A stretch of DNA of 64,000 nt, from NCBI GenBank assembly GCA_001600695.1, contig BCKQ01000003.1, positions 1,355,116-1,419,115 of the forward strand, in the 5' to 3' direction. The position numbers and the translations under genes were made by a program. Under the pieces are notes generated by a model. It searched no databases, was not told the origin of the DNA, and saw only the letters and a program-made list of their open reading frames with translations. Within the stretch, counting starts at the first letter, position 1. Each line of letters begins with the position of its first letter. Positions 45,501-57,100 of this stretch are shown piece after piece. Source of the stretch: Ascoidea asiatica JCM 7603. Lineage: Eukaryota > Fungi > Ascomycota.

Positions 45501-46106
45501 TGGTTCAGATAATATTAATAAAGATCTGAATTTATTTTTTGACCAATCTATTAAGATTCTATGTTTATTATTGATTAAAATTCTTTCAAATTCAGTTCTA
45601 TTATATAATATATCTAATTTTAGTTCATCATCAGTTGATAAATTTGTATTATTTAAAAAGATATTTGAAACAGTTCTTGAATTTCTTTCTTTAAGATTGT
45701 TATTGTTATCTTTTGAACTATTATTGTTGTTTTCATTACTATCATTGATTGGAATTGAATATAAACCATTTTTATCAAAAATGAAATTTGGTAGATTATA
45801 AATTTTTAATCTTTTATACATATAAGACAAAGCTTTGATTTGTAAATCTATATCATCTTCATTTTGACCTTGAATGTAAGAAGGAATTTTTTGATAAGAA
45901 GAGAATTTATTATAAATTGCATCAGAATCAGATTCTATAGAATCTATTGAATCTGTGGATTCAGTCTGATCAGTTATAGATTTTAACGAATTATTCTCAT
46001 TTTCATTTTGAAATTCATTATCATTTTCATTGTCACTATTAGAATCAATTTCCAAATCACTGTTATTTGTGTTATTTGACCAAATAGCACTCAAAAGACG
46101 ATTCAT
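42546..46106 (-). CDS. Large hypothetical protein, S/N-rich disordered middle with ordered-looking N- and C-terminal blocks
   Basis: 1186-aa ORF with ATG and many SP/TP sites. Ordered blocks are LDILYNRTEFERIL..IQGYLQRLSFHVQVKRIF and EQKISILEDCRIAVKMRIDRERQ. Family not recognised. Confidence 0.8.
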   Translation of the reverse strand: MNRLLSAIWSNNTNNSDLEIDSNSDNENDNEFQNENENNSLKSITDQTESTDSIDSIESDSDAIYNKFSSYQKIPSYIQGQNEDDIDLQIKALSYMYKRLKIYNLPNFIFDKNGLYSIPINDSNENNNNSSKDNNNNLKERNSRTVSNIFLNNTNLSTDDELKLDILYNRTEFERILINNKHRILIDWSKNKFRSLLILSEPPKFLKNLPNLNPINKFFKFSILNSSSNLSNYIHILVNQSNFYIEHNIDKNFKKFFVKDSYNFQWNLILSQNRNFLNKDDRNNIIQGYLQRLSFHVQVKRIFNVYLFNATHLNNSSNISNSSINSNSTLEPTDSNEINFSDNFSNTLTDNNHDNDNEIYSDIENDNNSNFEEKIQINIQNQNINYINNQIFDNNSDNYIDNNINTNINKYNNDSNDNNVKNNNDDNNSYNYTPLSFNNLLNPTPIDQDYQSYISSHDSNDDYSNVPHYARPTSSSSSRSRKSSLTTSFSNNNFKNNKNNNNLLPKRPRSRAQLRQFHHTLKESSSKDIDNIDSKTFLSSLSPIAKSPLIKKDILSPLTPDTGKSLPTSFISNDNTNKIHLNSDSISSTTTTTTSTTTTFSHSNYKRFSTSTLGSSYSNSHHSFNKSKLKLRSPKSPIISPIENLLSHTPSPKRLSLIENQIQVLKRSSISQKDSNTYSLLTTTRNSSPNSSRRNSKTNGRILVLSDPNLVTNSPTSDLHYAMEKKLKNLSISSLDSAIEENSNPNSNNSSATSSISSTSAISFNTDSNENHEMNEHLQLGQDSRGNHQVLKKHNKILSLTVPDYLSGRNDHKNYSNELLNRKRSKSTLESNSRRTLKPLNINTFNSNTAIRTLSKAKSISNIKSEYSLAEEFNKTIMHSDLENNELKINRPTTSLSITKNAYSKKHYKDISIESKILLNSESRLSSRSRSPNMVSKNNAILNRGNLSTDYKSPIGGVIQSNNVLLSDLNSSNRSSILSSFPQTSTTSNKHKSFINSNPTLRKRQSMTILTLDSYYDSTKMIGNRNDGYSSDGASSIHSASTEDLSRYSTETKNLTNILIPKKLNNSSSPGSLLGRGFYSYGNSSRKQSKFSPTWFSEPEYDVPFEQKISILEDCRIAVKMRIDRERQLLRGRTITDFSDTKTGTGENSPNEEENDIYGMNYFLVNDVQQDPMIDIIIEEAGEDVD

Positions 46107-47595
46107 TAATTATAAAATTATTATATTAATATTATTAAATTCAATGACATTTAAATGTTAATTTTGATTAATGAGTAGTTATATACTATGTTATAATAAA
46201 TGAGAAGAAATAAGAAACTGAAATAACTTTTATTAAATTAAGAAAAATGGGTAAATAGGAATCAAAAGAATTTATTGAAAATTTTAGTTGGATAAAATAA
46301 TGAATGAAATTATTTTCAATAATTCACAGTTAATTAGTACTTTGACAAATGTTTTAAGATATAAAGATAATTGATTAGATATTATAGTTATGATTATTTA
46401 ATGGATTCAATAATTGAATAAATCAGAATGAAGTGTAGTGATATTTTGATTTATTTATTTATTAATTGATTGATTGATTGATTGATTGATTTGGTGTTTG
46501 AGTAATTTAATTATTAAGTGATGGTCTATTGAATATACCAATAGAGTAGTTATAAATTAATATCGTTCTTTAATTCATTAATTTATTAATTCTGGAATTG
46601 TTTTACTCTTTAATTATTTGATTGTTTTATTCCTTAATTGCTTAAAGTCTTAATAGTTTCCTTGTTTAATCCTTTGATACTGTAACGTTAATTTATTCTT
46701 TCTGTATTTAATTGTTGTTAAGTTACGGTGGTTTGAAAGTGCACCGGCAAAGAGATTTAGCTTAGCTTAACTTAGCTTAATGTTAATATGTTAACAGTAT
46801 TACCTGAAATTTGAAAAGGTTAATTCAGAACCTTTAAAGAGTAAAATTATATTACAAACTAAAAAATATTAATAACAATACTAGAAAATCAATAAACAAT
46901 ACTGTAATCAATAATCAAATCAATAATAATGGAGAAATATGTAGATATGGATTCAATTTGAAAAAACAAATATTACTACTACAGTTCGCTCTGCTAGAAT
47001 AGATTTTTAAACAATTCAAGAGAATGGAAAAAACAGGATACGAATAAAACAATAATAATAGACATTTAATGACTATTGAACATTTGATTTGATCAATAAA
47101 ATGAATATTTTAAATATTTGAACAAATAAGAGCTAATAATTAAGTAAAATTTTAGGTAAATAAATAATTAAATAGTAAAATAAATATTAAAATAAAAAAA
47201 TTCTGATAATTATTATTTTTCATATCATCATTCTACATTTCGAATCATCAATTTAATCATCATTTCATTCATTAGATAATTTCAATTATTCAACAGATGA
47301 GCTCTTAAAAGCTTTTTTGAGATTGAATGAGCTTGAAATAACTTGACTTGACTTTTTCTTTAGAGCTATTTCGGTTTATTTTGAGGAAATAATCACCATT
47401 TTCTTTGTGTAATTTTAATTTCAGGTCTTTTCGCTGGATCTGGCCACTCACAAGCTGAGCTGAGCTTATGCTCTTAGAAGGCTTCCATCCCTGCGATCCG
47501 TGTCTGTGGTCTCAGAGTTTGCAATTGTCGGTCAAAGTGGAAGTGCCACGTACAGCACCAGCATATTTCAAGAAATATGTGGCGCATTAAAAGAT

Positions 47596-47906
47596 TGCTG
47601 AGTCATCAATTGGCACATGTTTTAATTGAGACCATAAATGTGGGCTTTGATCGTTTGTAAATGCATAAATATACTTACTAATACACTTATACACGTCCTT
47701 TAGCGGACAATTTAATCCAGCCAATCAGAAGCGACTAGCCAGTCAGGCTGCTTCGGATGCTCGAGAAAAGTCGAAATTGCTTGGAAAATTGCTGTTTTCG
47801 GTCACAAATTGCCGCGAGTTTTGTGCTTCCAACAGGAAAGAACAAAAGAGAAAAATTTTGAAAGGCTGTAATAAGCACGTGAGCGAGATAAGCACTGGAT
47901 TAGTAA
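47596..47906. promoter_or_regulatory. Cluster of bZIP/CCAAT/E-box sites upstream of DRE2
   Basis: TGAGTCA 47599, TTACTAA 47675, CCAAT 47721, CACGTG 47876, TTAGTAA 47900. Confidence 0.5.
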
Positions 47907-48121
47907 TTAAAATCATTATTAGATGGAATTTTTACTCAACGGTAAAAATCCATCAAAATTTCATTTTTGATTTGAAAATAATTTTATTCTCAAGTCTATT
48001 TCTTATCATTATCATTATCATTTATAAAACTATTATTATTATTATATATTTCACTTAATTTTCCTTTTAAAAATATTACTTTATTCAATAAAATAGATAT
48101 TTCAAAATACAGTATATCAAA

Positions 48122-48623
48122 ATGTCAGATCATTTATTATTAATATTGGATTCATCAATAATTTCAAGTCCTGATAAAGTTGAAATTTTTAAAAATTTAT
48201 TAACAAAAAAATACTCAAATTCCATAATATCACAATATTTTATTGAAATTTTAATCAATAATGAGAAAAAGATAGTTTCAAATAATTTAAATAAATTTAA
48301 TTATATATATTACTTAACTATTTCAAATTATGACTATTTTATAAAAAATCTATCAATAGATCAAAAAAATCAGGATAGTAACCTATTAGAAGAATCAAAT
48401 AACATTAATAATAGTAATAGTAATCAATATAACATTGATGATAAATTTTTATCAATAATTTTCAAACTATTAAATTCTGATGGAAAATTTTATTATTTAA
48501 AAACTTTAAATGAAAAAAATGATTTAAGTTTTTTATCGATCTCAAATGGATTGATAATTATAAATAATTATTTATTCAAACCAGATTTATCAAATAACCA
48601 AGTTACTCTTAACCTTAATAGTA

Positions 48624-48659
<36 letters not shown>

Positions 48660-49330
48660 TTAGTAATAAGAGTGTTAAAAGAAAACTACCAACATTCAAA
48701 AGAAAAATTATCAAAGAAGAAATACCTAAAAGAGATAATATAGGTGATAAACTAAAATTTTTCAATAATTTCTCAGATAGTGATAATGAAAATGATGATG
48801 ATAATGATATTGTTATGGATATTGATTTCACCGATGATTTTAACTTAAATCCAAATAATAATAACTCATCTTCCTCATCTGTATTAGATAATATAAATAC
48901 TACTAATAATATAAGTAACATTGATGACGATGAATATTTATTAAAAAATTCTAAGTTACTAAATAACAAAATTGAATTAAATAATTTAAATTTTGATTCA
49001 ACTTGTAATTTAGATCAAAAGAAGAGAAAAAAAGCTTGTAAAGATTGTACATGTGGTTTAAAAGAAATTGAAGAAATGGAAATATCTAAACATTTATTGA
49101 ATCAGAGTAAAATTATAAATGAAGAAAATGAAATCAAAGATGTAAATAAAGTTCTAATAGATAATGAAGATTTAGCAGAGATTGATTTTACTATTCAAGG
49201 TAAAACTGGTGGTTGTGGTTCATGTTCTTTAGGTGATGCTTTCAGATGTGATGGCTGTCCATATCTTGGTTTACCTCCTTTCAAACCTGGTGAAATTGTT
49301 TCAATTGATGGTTTTGGTGAAGATCTTTAG
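48122..49330 (+). CDS. DRE2: Anamorsin / cytosolic Fe-S cluster assembly protein Dre2
   Basis: [63 protein letters not shown]. Confidence 0.96.
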
Positions 49331-50997
49331 ATTCAAATATATAATAAAGTAAGAATATGAATATTTTTTTATGTTTCGTATTCAGTAGTGTAAAAATAAT
49401 ATATTGATTTCATAACTAAAGTTATCAATAATTTTAATAAAAGTTTATTTCAAGAACCTTAGTGACAAATCTGTTTGTTATAATCCAGTTGCATTTGTCA
49501 AACAAATAATAAAATCATATTTCCTAAATCCGCTTAGTCAGCACTTAATCTGGCCCTTTGCAGAGCTTCAGGCAGTCGTCGTAATTGTTTCGAGTAAGAG
49601 CATCCGCAGAGGAAAGCAGGGACTCGTGGTGACCTACAGCACCGCCACCGGTTTTGCAGCGCGCAAAACTACCCAGAGCAAAACAACAACAGAACAAATG
49701 TGTTAGAACAAAGCGCAAAAGATTCGATTTTGTGGCGGTGTTGGTCAATGTCCTTTCACCCATGTCCCTGGTTCTGGGTTTAAGCTTAAATTGTCATGAA
49801 AAGTTTAAATTTCTGCATTGCAAGTCTTTGATGTTTATTTTCTTCTACCCAGTTTCGTAGTAAATTTATGCTGCTTTTTATTGGCGCTTTTGTGTTTTAT
49901 TGGCTTTTGTTTTTTTTTCTTCTACGATTTTACTTTGAAATTCATCTCTGTTTTTTTTTCTCCTTTTTGAAATTTTGATGTGATCATGTTTTATTTGTAA
50001 CAAGTTTGTTGCTTCTCTGATGGTACTCGAAGCATATTCGAGAGATATTCAAGAGATATTTAGGGAACATGGAGCAGATACTACTAGTACAAATTCATAC
50101 TTTCAAGTATTTATTCCCAGGCTTGTAATATGTAGGTTAAGTTAAGTTATTTAGTAGAGCAACCCTTTTCTATTCTGCTAACCATCTCCGATCTCCAACT
50201 GAAATGCCAGCTACATATTCTGTATGTTGAAAGATAAAGCAAATCAGTTTTTTTTTTTTTTTTTGCTAGTCTTATTAATATTTATCGTAATTAGTATCGT
50301 ACTGTGTTACAATATTGTAATATTTATTCTATTGAAATTGTAAATAAGTATATAATTTTGTTCTCTTTTTTTCTCTCAAAATCAAGCTTTCTTTTTCATT
50401 TCGCATTTGAAAGTCATTTTATTTTTCTAGAAATTTGAGATGAAATTGGTTTGAAATTGTAATATTTTACTCTATTTCCCTTTTAAACTTTCCATATCTT
50501 TATTTTTAAACTTTTTCTTTGTTTTTTTTTCTCATCCATTACGTTTAAAATTATTGTACAAATAATTTTATTTAACTATTTTTTAAATACTATTTGTTTA
50601 TTATTTATCTGCCATATTTAAATTTTCATATATAAAACATATTCCCCCTTTTTTCCTTATATTTCTTTTAAGTTACAAATAAATTCAAATAATTTGTTTA
50701 TTTAAAATTAAAAAAACCCTTAATAGATTACTGTATTATATTTACGAGTGTTGTAGTAGATGTTAAGTTTTATAATAACCTTACATTTATTATAAAAACA
50801 TATTAATTTATATAACTATATTTATATTCATATTCATATTTATAGTCATATTCATTTACATTCCAAAATCCATAATCCATATTTTATAATCAGTATTTCA
50901 TAATCTATATTTTATAATATATTTTACATTCGATAATAAATTAATCAACCCATTTTCCATACTCAACACTTCATATTTATTAATTTCTCTTTTGAAA

Positions 50998-52779
50998 ATG
51001 GAAACTTATCATGGAATAATCCTAACGACTTCAGATGCCATTCTTTTAATGGAAGCTTCAAGATTAGGTATTATACCAAAAGTTACAAAACGTTTAACTG
51101 AAAATCAAAGAAGTTTAATAACTTCAGGTTCAATATTTATTTGGGATGAATCTGAAGCAAAAATGAAAAGATGGACTGATGGTAGATCTTGGTCTGCTTC
51201 TAGAGTTTCTGGTTATTTTTTAAATTATAAAGAAATGGAATTGAATGATCCTCAAATTCAATCAAATTATAATAATAGTAATTATAATAACAGTCAAAAT
51301 TCAGATGATAATTCAAATTTAATAATAAATGAAAGTTTGAAAAGTTTACCAATGTATACTTATAAACTTAATGGTTTAATTAAACAAAGTTTTTCTTTGA
51401 AAACTTTAGATGGTAGAAAATTGCATTTAATAGCTTATTTAAAAAATAATATTGATATAAATAATCATAATTTAAAAATTCCTTCTGAAGATACAATTTT
51501 AAAATCAATTAAAGTTAAAAAAAATATCTATCCAAAAGAATTTAATGATTCAAATGATTTAAATAATATTAATATTATTAATAATATTAATGATGAAATT
51601 ACTGAATTTAATAAAGTTACTCCAATTGCTAAAAGTTTCAATAGTAATGAAAAAACAGATAATACGAGTACTACTAGTAATAATAGTAATCAGAATTCTG
51701 ATATATCAAAGAATCCATTATATTCATTAGCTTCAATTTCTTCAATGATTTTAACCGCCGATAAATCTATAACCAATAATAATATAAACAACAATGGAAA
51801 TAAAAATAATGATAATTTCAAAAATTCTAGTGAGAATAAATCAATTTCAAATGATCGACAAATTAAAGATAAAGATAAATCTAAATCAAGAATTTCAAAA
51901 TCAAAAAAATCAAAATTATTCAATAAATTTAACAATAATGAAGAAACTTTATTAAAATTACAGAAATCATCACCGGTTTTATCAATCAAATCTAATTCAA
52001 ATCTGAAAAATAATTTATTAGATAATCCACTACCTCCAATAAATCAAATTAGACAACTACCATTACCAAATTTAAATCATTACCAAGATAATCTACAACC
52101 AAGAAGAGATAGTTGTTTACAACCTAAATTTTCAAATATTATGAATAATGTAAATTATGATCAAAGAATAAAATTACCTAATAATTATCCTCAATCAAAT
52201 AATTCGTTAGTTACACCATCTAATTCAACAGTTCAACCTTATTCAAATCAATATTTAGGAAATATGAATATTTTACAAAATCAAATTCCTATACACAATT
52301 CCCATAATGTCAATCCTGGCTATGCAAATAAAACTTATATTCCAAATCCAATGTCTAATTCAATGCCTAATTTAATGCCTAGTTTAATGCCTAATTTAAT
52401 GCCTAATGCAATGCCAAATCCATCACCTAATACAATACCGATTCATGATTATAATACTAGACCTGGAATAATACCACACTATAATAATAACAATAATATT
52501 CAATCAGAAAATATTAATAATCTTTATATTTCTGAAAGAAATAATTTGCCACCTTTAAGATCTCCTGGCGATAATAGAACTTTTGGTGGAAATTATAATG
52601 GTTATAATGGAGTATATACTGAAGGATCTGATGTATTGTATAATCCGGTACATGAGGATAGATCCATACCTAATGATAGATGCCAATATCATTCAGGGAA
52701 AACTGATCCAATTTCAAAAAGAAATGAAACTGATAAACAATTATTATATGCTTTAAATAAATCTTCTTTCAGATCATAA
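50998..52779 (+). CDS. Gti1/Pac2 (WOPR-domain) transcription factor, Pac2-type
   Basis: First ATG at 50998. METYHG...DAILLMEASRLG..V.KRL.E.QR..I.SGSIFIWDE.EAKMKRWTDGRSWSASRVSG.FL.YKE, GLIKQSFS, KLHLIAY and a C-terminal DKQLLYALNK motif. Confidence 0.92.
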   Translation: METYHGIILTTSDAILLMEASRLGIIPKVTKRLTENQRSLITSGSIFIWDESEAKMKRWTDGRSWSASRVSGYFLNYKEMELNDPQIQSNYNNSNYNNSQNSDDNSNLIINESLKSLPMYTYKLNGLIKQSFSLKTLDGRKLHLIAYLKNNIDINNHNLKIPSEDTILKSIKVKKNIYPKEFNDSNDLNNINIINNINDEITEFNKVTPIAKSFNSNEKTDNTSTTSNNSNQNSDISKNPLYSLASISSMILTADKSITNNNINNNGNKNNDNFKNSSENKSISNDRQIKDKDKSKSRISKSKKSKLFNKFNNNEETLLKLQKSSPVLSIKSNSNLKNNLLDNPLPPINQIRQLPLPNLNHYQDNLQPRRDSCLQPKFSNIMNNVNYDQRIKLPNNYPQSNNSLVTPSNSTVQPYSNQYLGNMNILQNQIPIHNSHNVNPGYANKTYIPNPMSNSMPNLMPSLMPNLMPNAMPNPSPNTIPIHDYNTRPGIIPHYNNNNNIQSENINNLYISERNNLPPLRSPGDNRTFGGNYNGYNGVYTEGSDVLYNPVHEDRSIPNDRCQYHSGKTDPISKRNETDKQLLYALNKSSFRS

Positions 52780-54112
52780 AATTTGATCACATAATATATG
52801 ATATTCAATAGGATGATATGTTTTGCATTTGCTTCTCTACTGTGATTTATACAAATTTTATGATTGATTTCCTTCAAATACCCATTCTTTTTTTTTTATT
52901 TTTTTCCTCTAGTGTTAAATTGCTTTCTCGTTTCTTTTGTTTGCTTTCCATAGTTATTTTTGTATAGTATATTCAGAATTCACATCAATTTTTCCATTTA
53001 TTTTCTTAAAAATTTTGCCACCAAATGCAAAGCAAGCACAAAATCAATGCCAGTTAAACGGGTCTTTTCCCGAGGAAACCAGTCAACGTTAGCTGCCTTT
53101 TCTTCCCTTAATTTGCTTTAGATTTAGATTTTAATAAGGTGGCGCCAAGTGGCAGGTGGAATGCAAAATTGGTGGCGTAGCAAACTGTGTATCGGAAATA
53201 AAATTGCGTGTCGTGGTAGATTATCTATCGAGCATTATCGCCAATTGGCTATCGATTTTCTCTAGGGCTAACCATTAATGCTACTACTACCGTAGTACTA
53301 TCTACGGTGGTGGGTGGTGGTATAGAGAAATGTATCCTACGAGTATCAGTAGCTAACTTACAATTTTATTCTCATATTCATTTCTTTTCTTATTTAGAGC
53401 AAGGAATATCTTTATTATCTTTTTATTTTATCTTTTTTTAATATCAGTTTATAAATTTGTTTACTATTCAATTTCATTTTTGTTTATAAAAAGTATTTAA
53501 AACTATTTCATTTCATTTCAATTCCAATTACGTATGTATATTCTTTATCTGGTAAAAGTAGATAAATTGATACAAAATTCAATCATTTCATAAATCAAAT
53601 GATTTCAATTTAAATTATGTTTTTGACTCTTCTTAATTTTTAAACTTCAAATCTTTTGTTATCACAGTTACAACTGATAGAAATAACTAAATCCTCTTTG
53701 TCTTATCATTATTTTCTCACCATTTGATCAATTAAGTTACATTTATATATATTCAAAAATATAAATATTATGAAAATACCCTTTTTTTAAAAGTAGAAAT
53801 AAAGATATAATTCAGATAAAGAAAATTTTTTTTATTCTAAAAACTGTGGAAATTAATGAAACCACACTAGAAAACTTCTAATTTATTATGGCTTTCTAAA
53901 TTTACCTTTTATTCACAATTTCTTATTAATCTCATTTATTATTCTGACCCTTTTAAACTAACTTATTTTTCTAGCTTTTTATCACAGCATTCTATAAACC
54001 ACCCACAATTCATAGAATATCTAATAATTAGTTAATAACTACTTTCAAATATTCTAGCTAATAGGCTATAGCTAATTTTAAATAACAAATAATCAAAGCA
54101 TCGTAATTTATA

Positions 54113-57100
54113 ATGTCTGTTTCAAGAGGAAGATCCTCTTCAAACTTAGTTTCAACTAATAATATAAATTCTAATAATAATGCCATCAATAACAACTCTA
54201 ATAGTGAATCTTTAGTTTTTTCTAAAAAAAAAGTATCTCATCCAAATAAAAAACCATTACAATTTTCAACTAAACGTTCAAGATCAAAATCAAAACCAAA
54301 ATTTCCACCTCATTCTCGTTCCGTTTCTTATGGTAAAAATTTGAATAATATCAATAATAATTTATTATCATTAGCTCCCTTATCAAAAATAAAATCTTAT
54401 GATCAAACTATTATATCGAATTCGAATTCAGATTCAAACTTAAACTCAAATCAAAATATACATAAAATCTCATCAGTAACTGATTGTCTATATAGAACAA
54501 GATCAAAGTCAAAGCCAAAAGTTCAATTTCCTTATAATTTTACAAATAATCCTGTTAACAATAATTCCACAATTAAATTATTTCCTCAAAAGAAAAAAAT
54601 ATCAAATTCAAATAAAAATATTTATCATTTAAGAAATCAACAATTATCTAGAACAATATCCAACTCAAATAATAACTATACCAGTAATAAAGTTATTTAT
54701 AGCAGTAGCAATAATATTAATAAAAATAATAATATTAATTATAATAATAATCCTATTGCAAATAATAATTCAATTAATAGTATTATTAGTAACACTAATG
54801 TTAGAAATAAAAATAAAATCAGTACGAATAAGTCAACCTTTGAAATTGGCTCAGACAACGATTCAGATTCAGATTCTGAAAACAATAATTTCGAAGATTA
54901 TTCTTCTGAATCAAGTTCAGATTCAAACTCAAATTCAAATTCAACTGTAAATTCTGTTATAAAAGAATCAAATCCTTTAAGCTTAACAAAGAATAATAAA
55001 ACCACTATTCAAAATAACATGAAAGATATTCTTAAATCTAATAAAATTATAAATGAAATTAATACTCAAACTAATGATAAAGATAAGGATAAGGTTAAGG
55101 ATAAGGATAAAGATAGAGATAATGATCATGAATTAGAATCATATCAAAGTGTGGATGATTCTTTATTAAGCGCAAAATCAAATTTAAACTCAATTTCTCA
55201 CCTAAACTCGAATGTTAATATTAAAACTAACAATTCAAATGTTATTCCCACAGCTGATATTAAGAAATTAATTACTCAAAATATTCCAAGAAGTATACCA
55301 ATTAATGACTCGATTAACAATTTAAACCAAACATTTCTTTCTGCCAGGGATACTATAATAAGTATTCCAAATTCTTTTTCGACCTTAAATAATAATGATA
55401 CTAATAAAAAAGATAATAATACTAATATTAATAACAATAATAACAATTATAACAATAATAACCATAATTACCATAATAACAAAAATAACAATAATGATAA
55501 TGATAACAATAATGATAATAATGATAAAATCGATAATAATACTAGTAACCATACTACCACTGATAATAGTATTTCTCATAAATGTGATAGAAACTCAAAA
55601 CTAGAAGTGATAATAAGTAATGACCAAAATGATAGTATGATTGAGGGACGTGAATCCAGTAAATCAGATGATTCAAACAATTTCAGCAATTCAAATGTTT
55701 CAAATGATTCCAACAATTTAAACATATCTCCCAAAACTCCCAAAATTTCTCCAAAAAAAGTCTACACTAGTAAAATTCCTAATAAGAATATAGACTTCAA
55801 AAGTAATCAAACCAAAGAAATAAGTGACAGAATAAATGAAAAAATAAACCAAAGAATTCTAAGTCCAACCTCTCCGACAGTCTCGATAAGTGACAAACCT
55901 TCTTTTTCTCCCACATTCAAAGCATCTCTTTTATTATCTCAGTCAATGGGAATAGAAACAAAAGTTCATTCTCCAACGCTAATTTCGAAATCAAAACTTG
56001 ACCTAAACTTACACTCAAACAAAGAACAAGGCTTTCAAATTCCTATTCCTTTACCTGCTAAAAACTTGACAGATTTATCAAAGGTCAATGTTGAGAAAAC
56101 TGATCTTAAAAAGTCTCCCAAATCAATCCCATCATCAACGTCTTCTTCGGTTAATAAGAAAAGTATAGAATCTAATAATTCTCTCAGTGGAAATAAAACC
56201 TTGGCTTCTATGAAGTTCAATAATTTTTTTAAAGAGTTCTATCAACCAAAATCTAAAATCAAGGCTGCTCCACCTTCCACTATAGTTTTCCCTACAATAA
56301 ATACGACTACTGTGGGTAGAATATCTAACCACTCAACGACTATTAGAAAAAGCAAACAGGAATTAAGGACACAAAAGAAGTTAAATTTGATGAGAAAAGC
56401 TGCAATTCCTGATAGTCAATCAAGTTTAGCTTTAAATAACTTTTCTTTAAATTTTCCTATGCATTCTTTAAATGATAATTTAATGAATTCAAGTATTTAT
56501 GGGTTTTCGGGTAATTCAAAGTCTAACTCTCGTTCAAAGCCCAGATTAAATTACTCGATTATCGATTTATCTTTGAACGAAAGGGCCTTTTTAGACTATT
56601 CTAAGCTTAGGGCGTTTGAAAATCCAATGCTAAATTCCTTAAGATGTCTTGAAATGTTTGAAAAAACACACCAAGATTTTGACTTTTCTGCTGACCTTCA
56701 TGGCGACGGTGATAAAAGACATAATTTTGTGAAAAATATCCCAAAGGATGACGAGGCATGTAATAATTCCGTGAATACTTCTGCTGCTAAATCTGAAGAG
56801 CCCTCTCCAGTTATGGTAGATGTCCATTCCCAGAATACAGTAGAAAAGAAAGATTTTATGCAGGGCTTAATAGATTTAAAAAATACTTATAGAGTAAATC
56901 CTCGACATGGGTTTTTCTATGATTCTTCAAAAGATAGGCCCCATTCTCTTCATAGAACTACTTCACAAATTACATTTTTTGGTACCAAACGTGAAAAGCA
57001 GATTCAGGACCCAGATTTAGTTGATGAAATTTTAAGAGATGATTTTAATGATTTATTTTCCTTTTATAATGAAGTTAAAGAAACATTACTAAAGGGGGTT

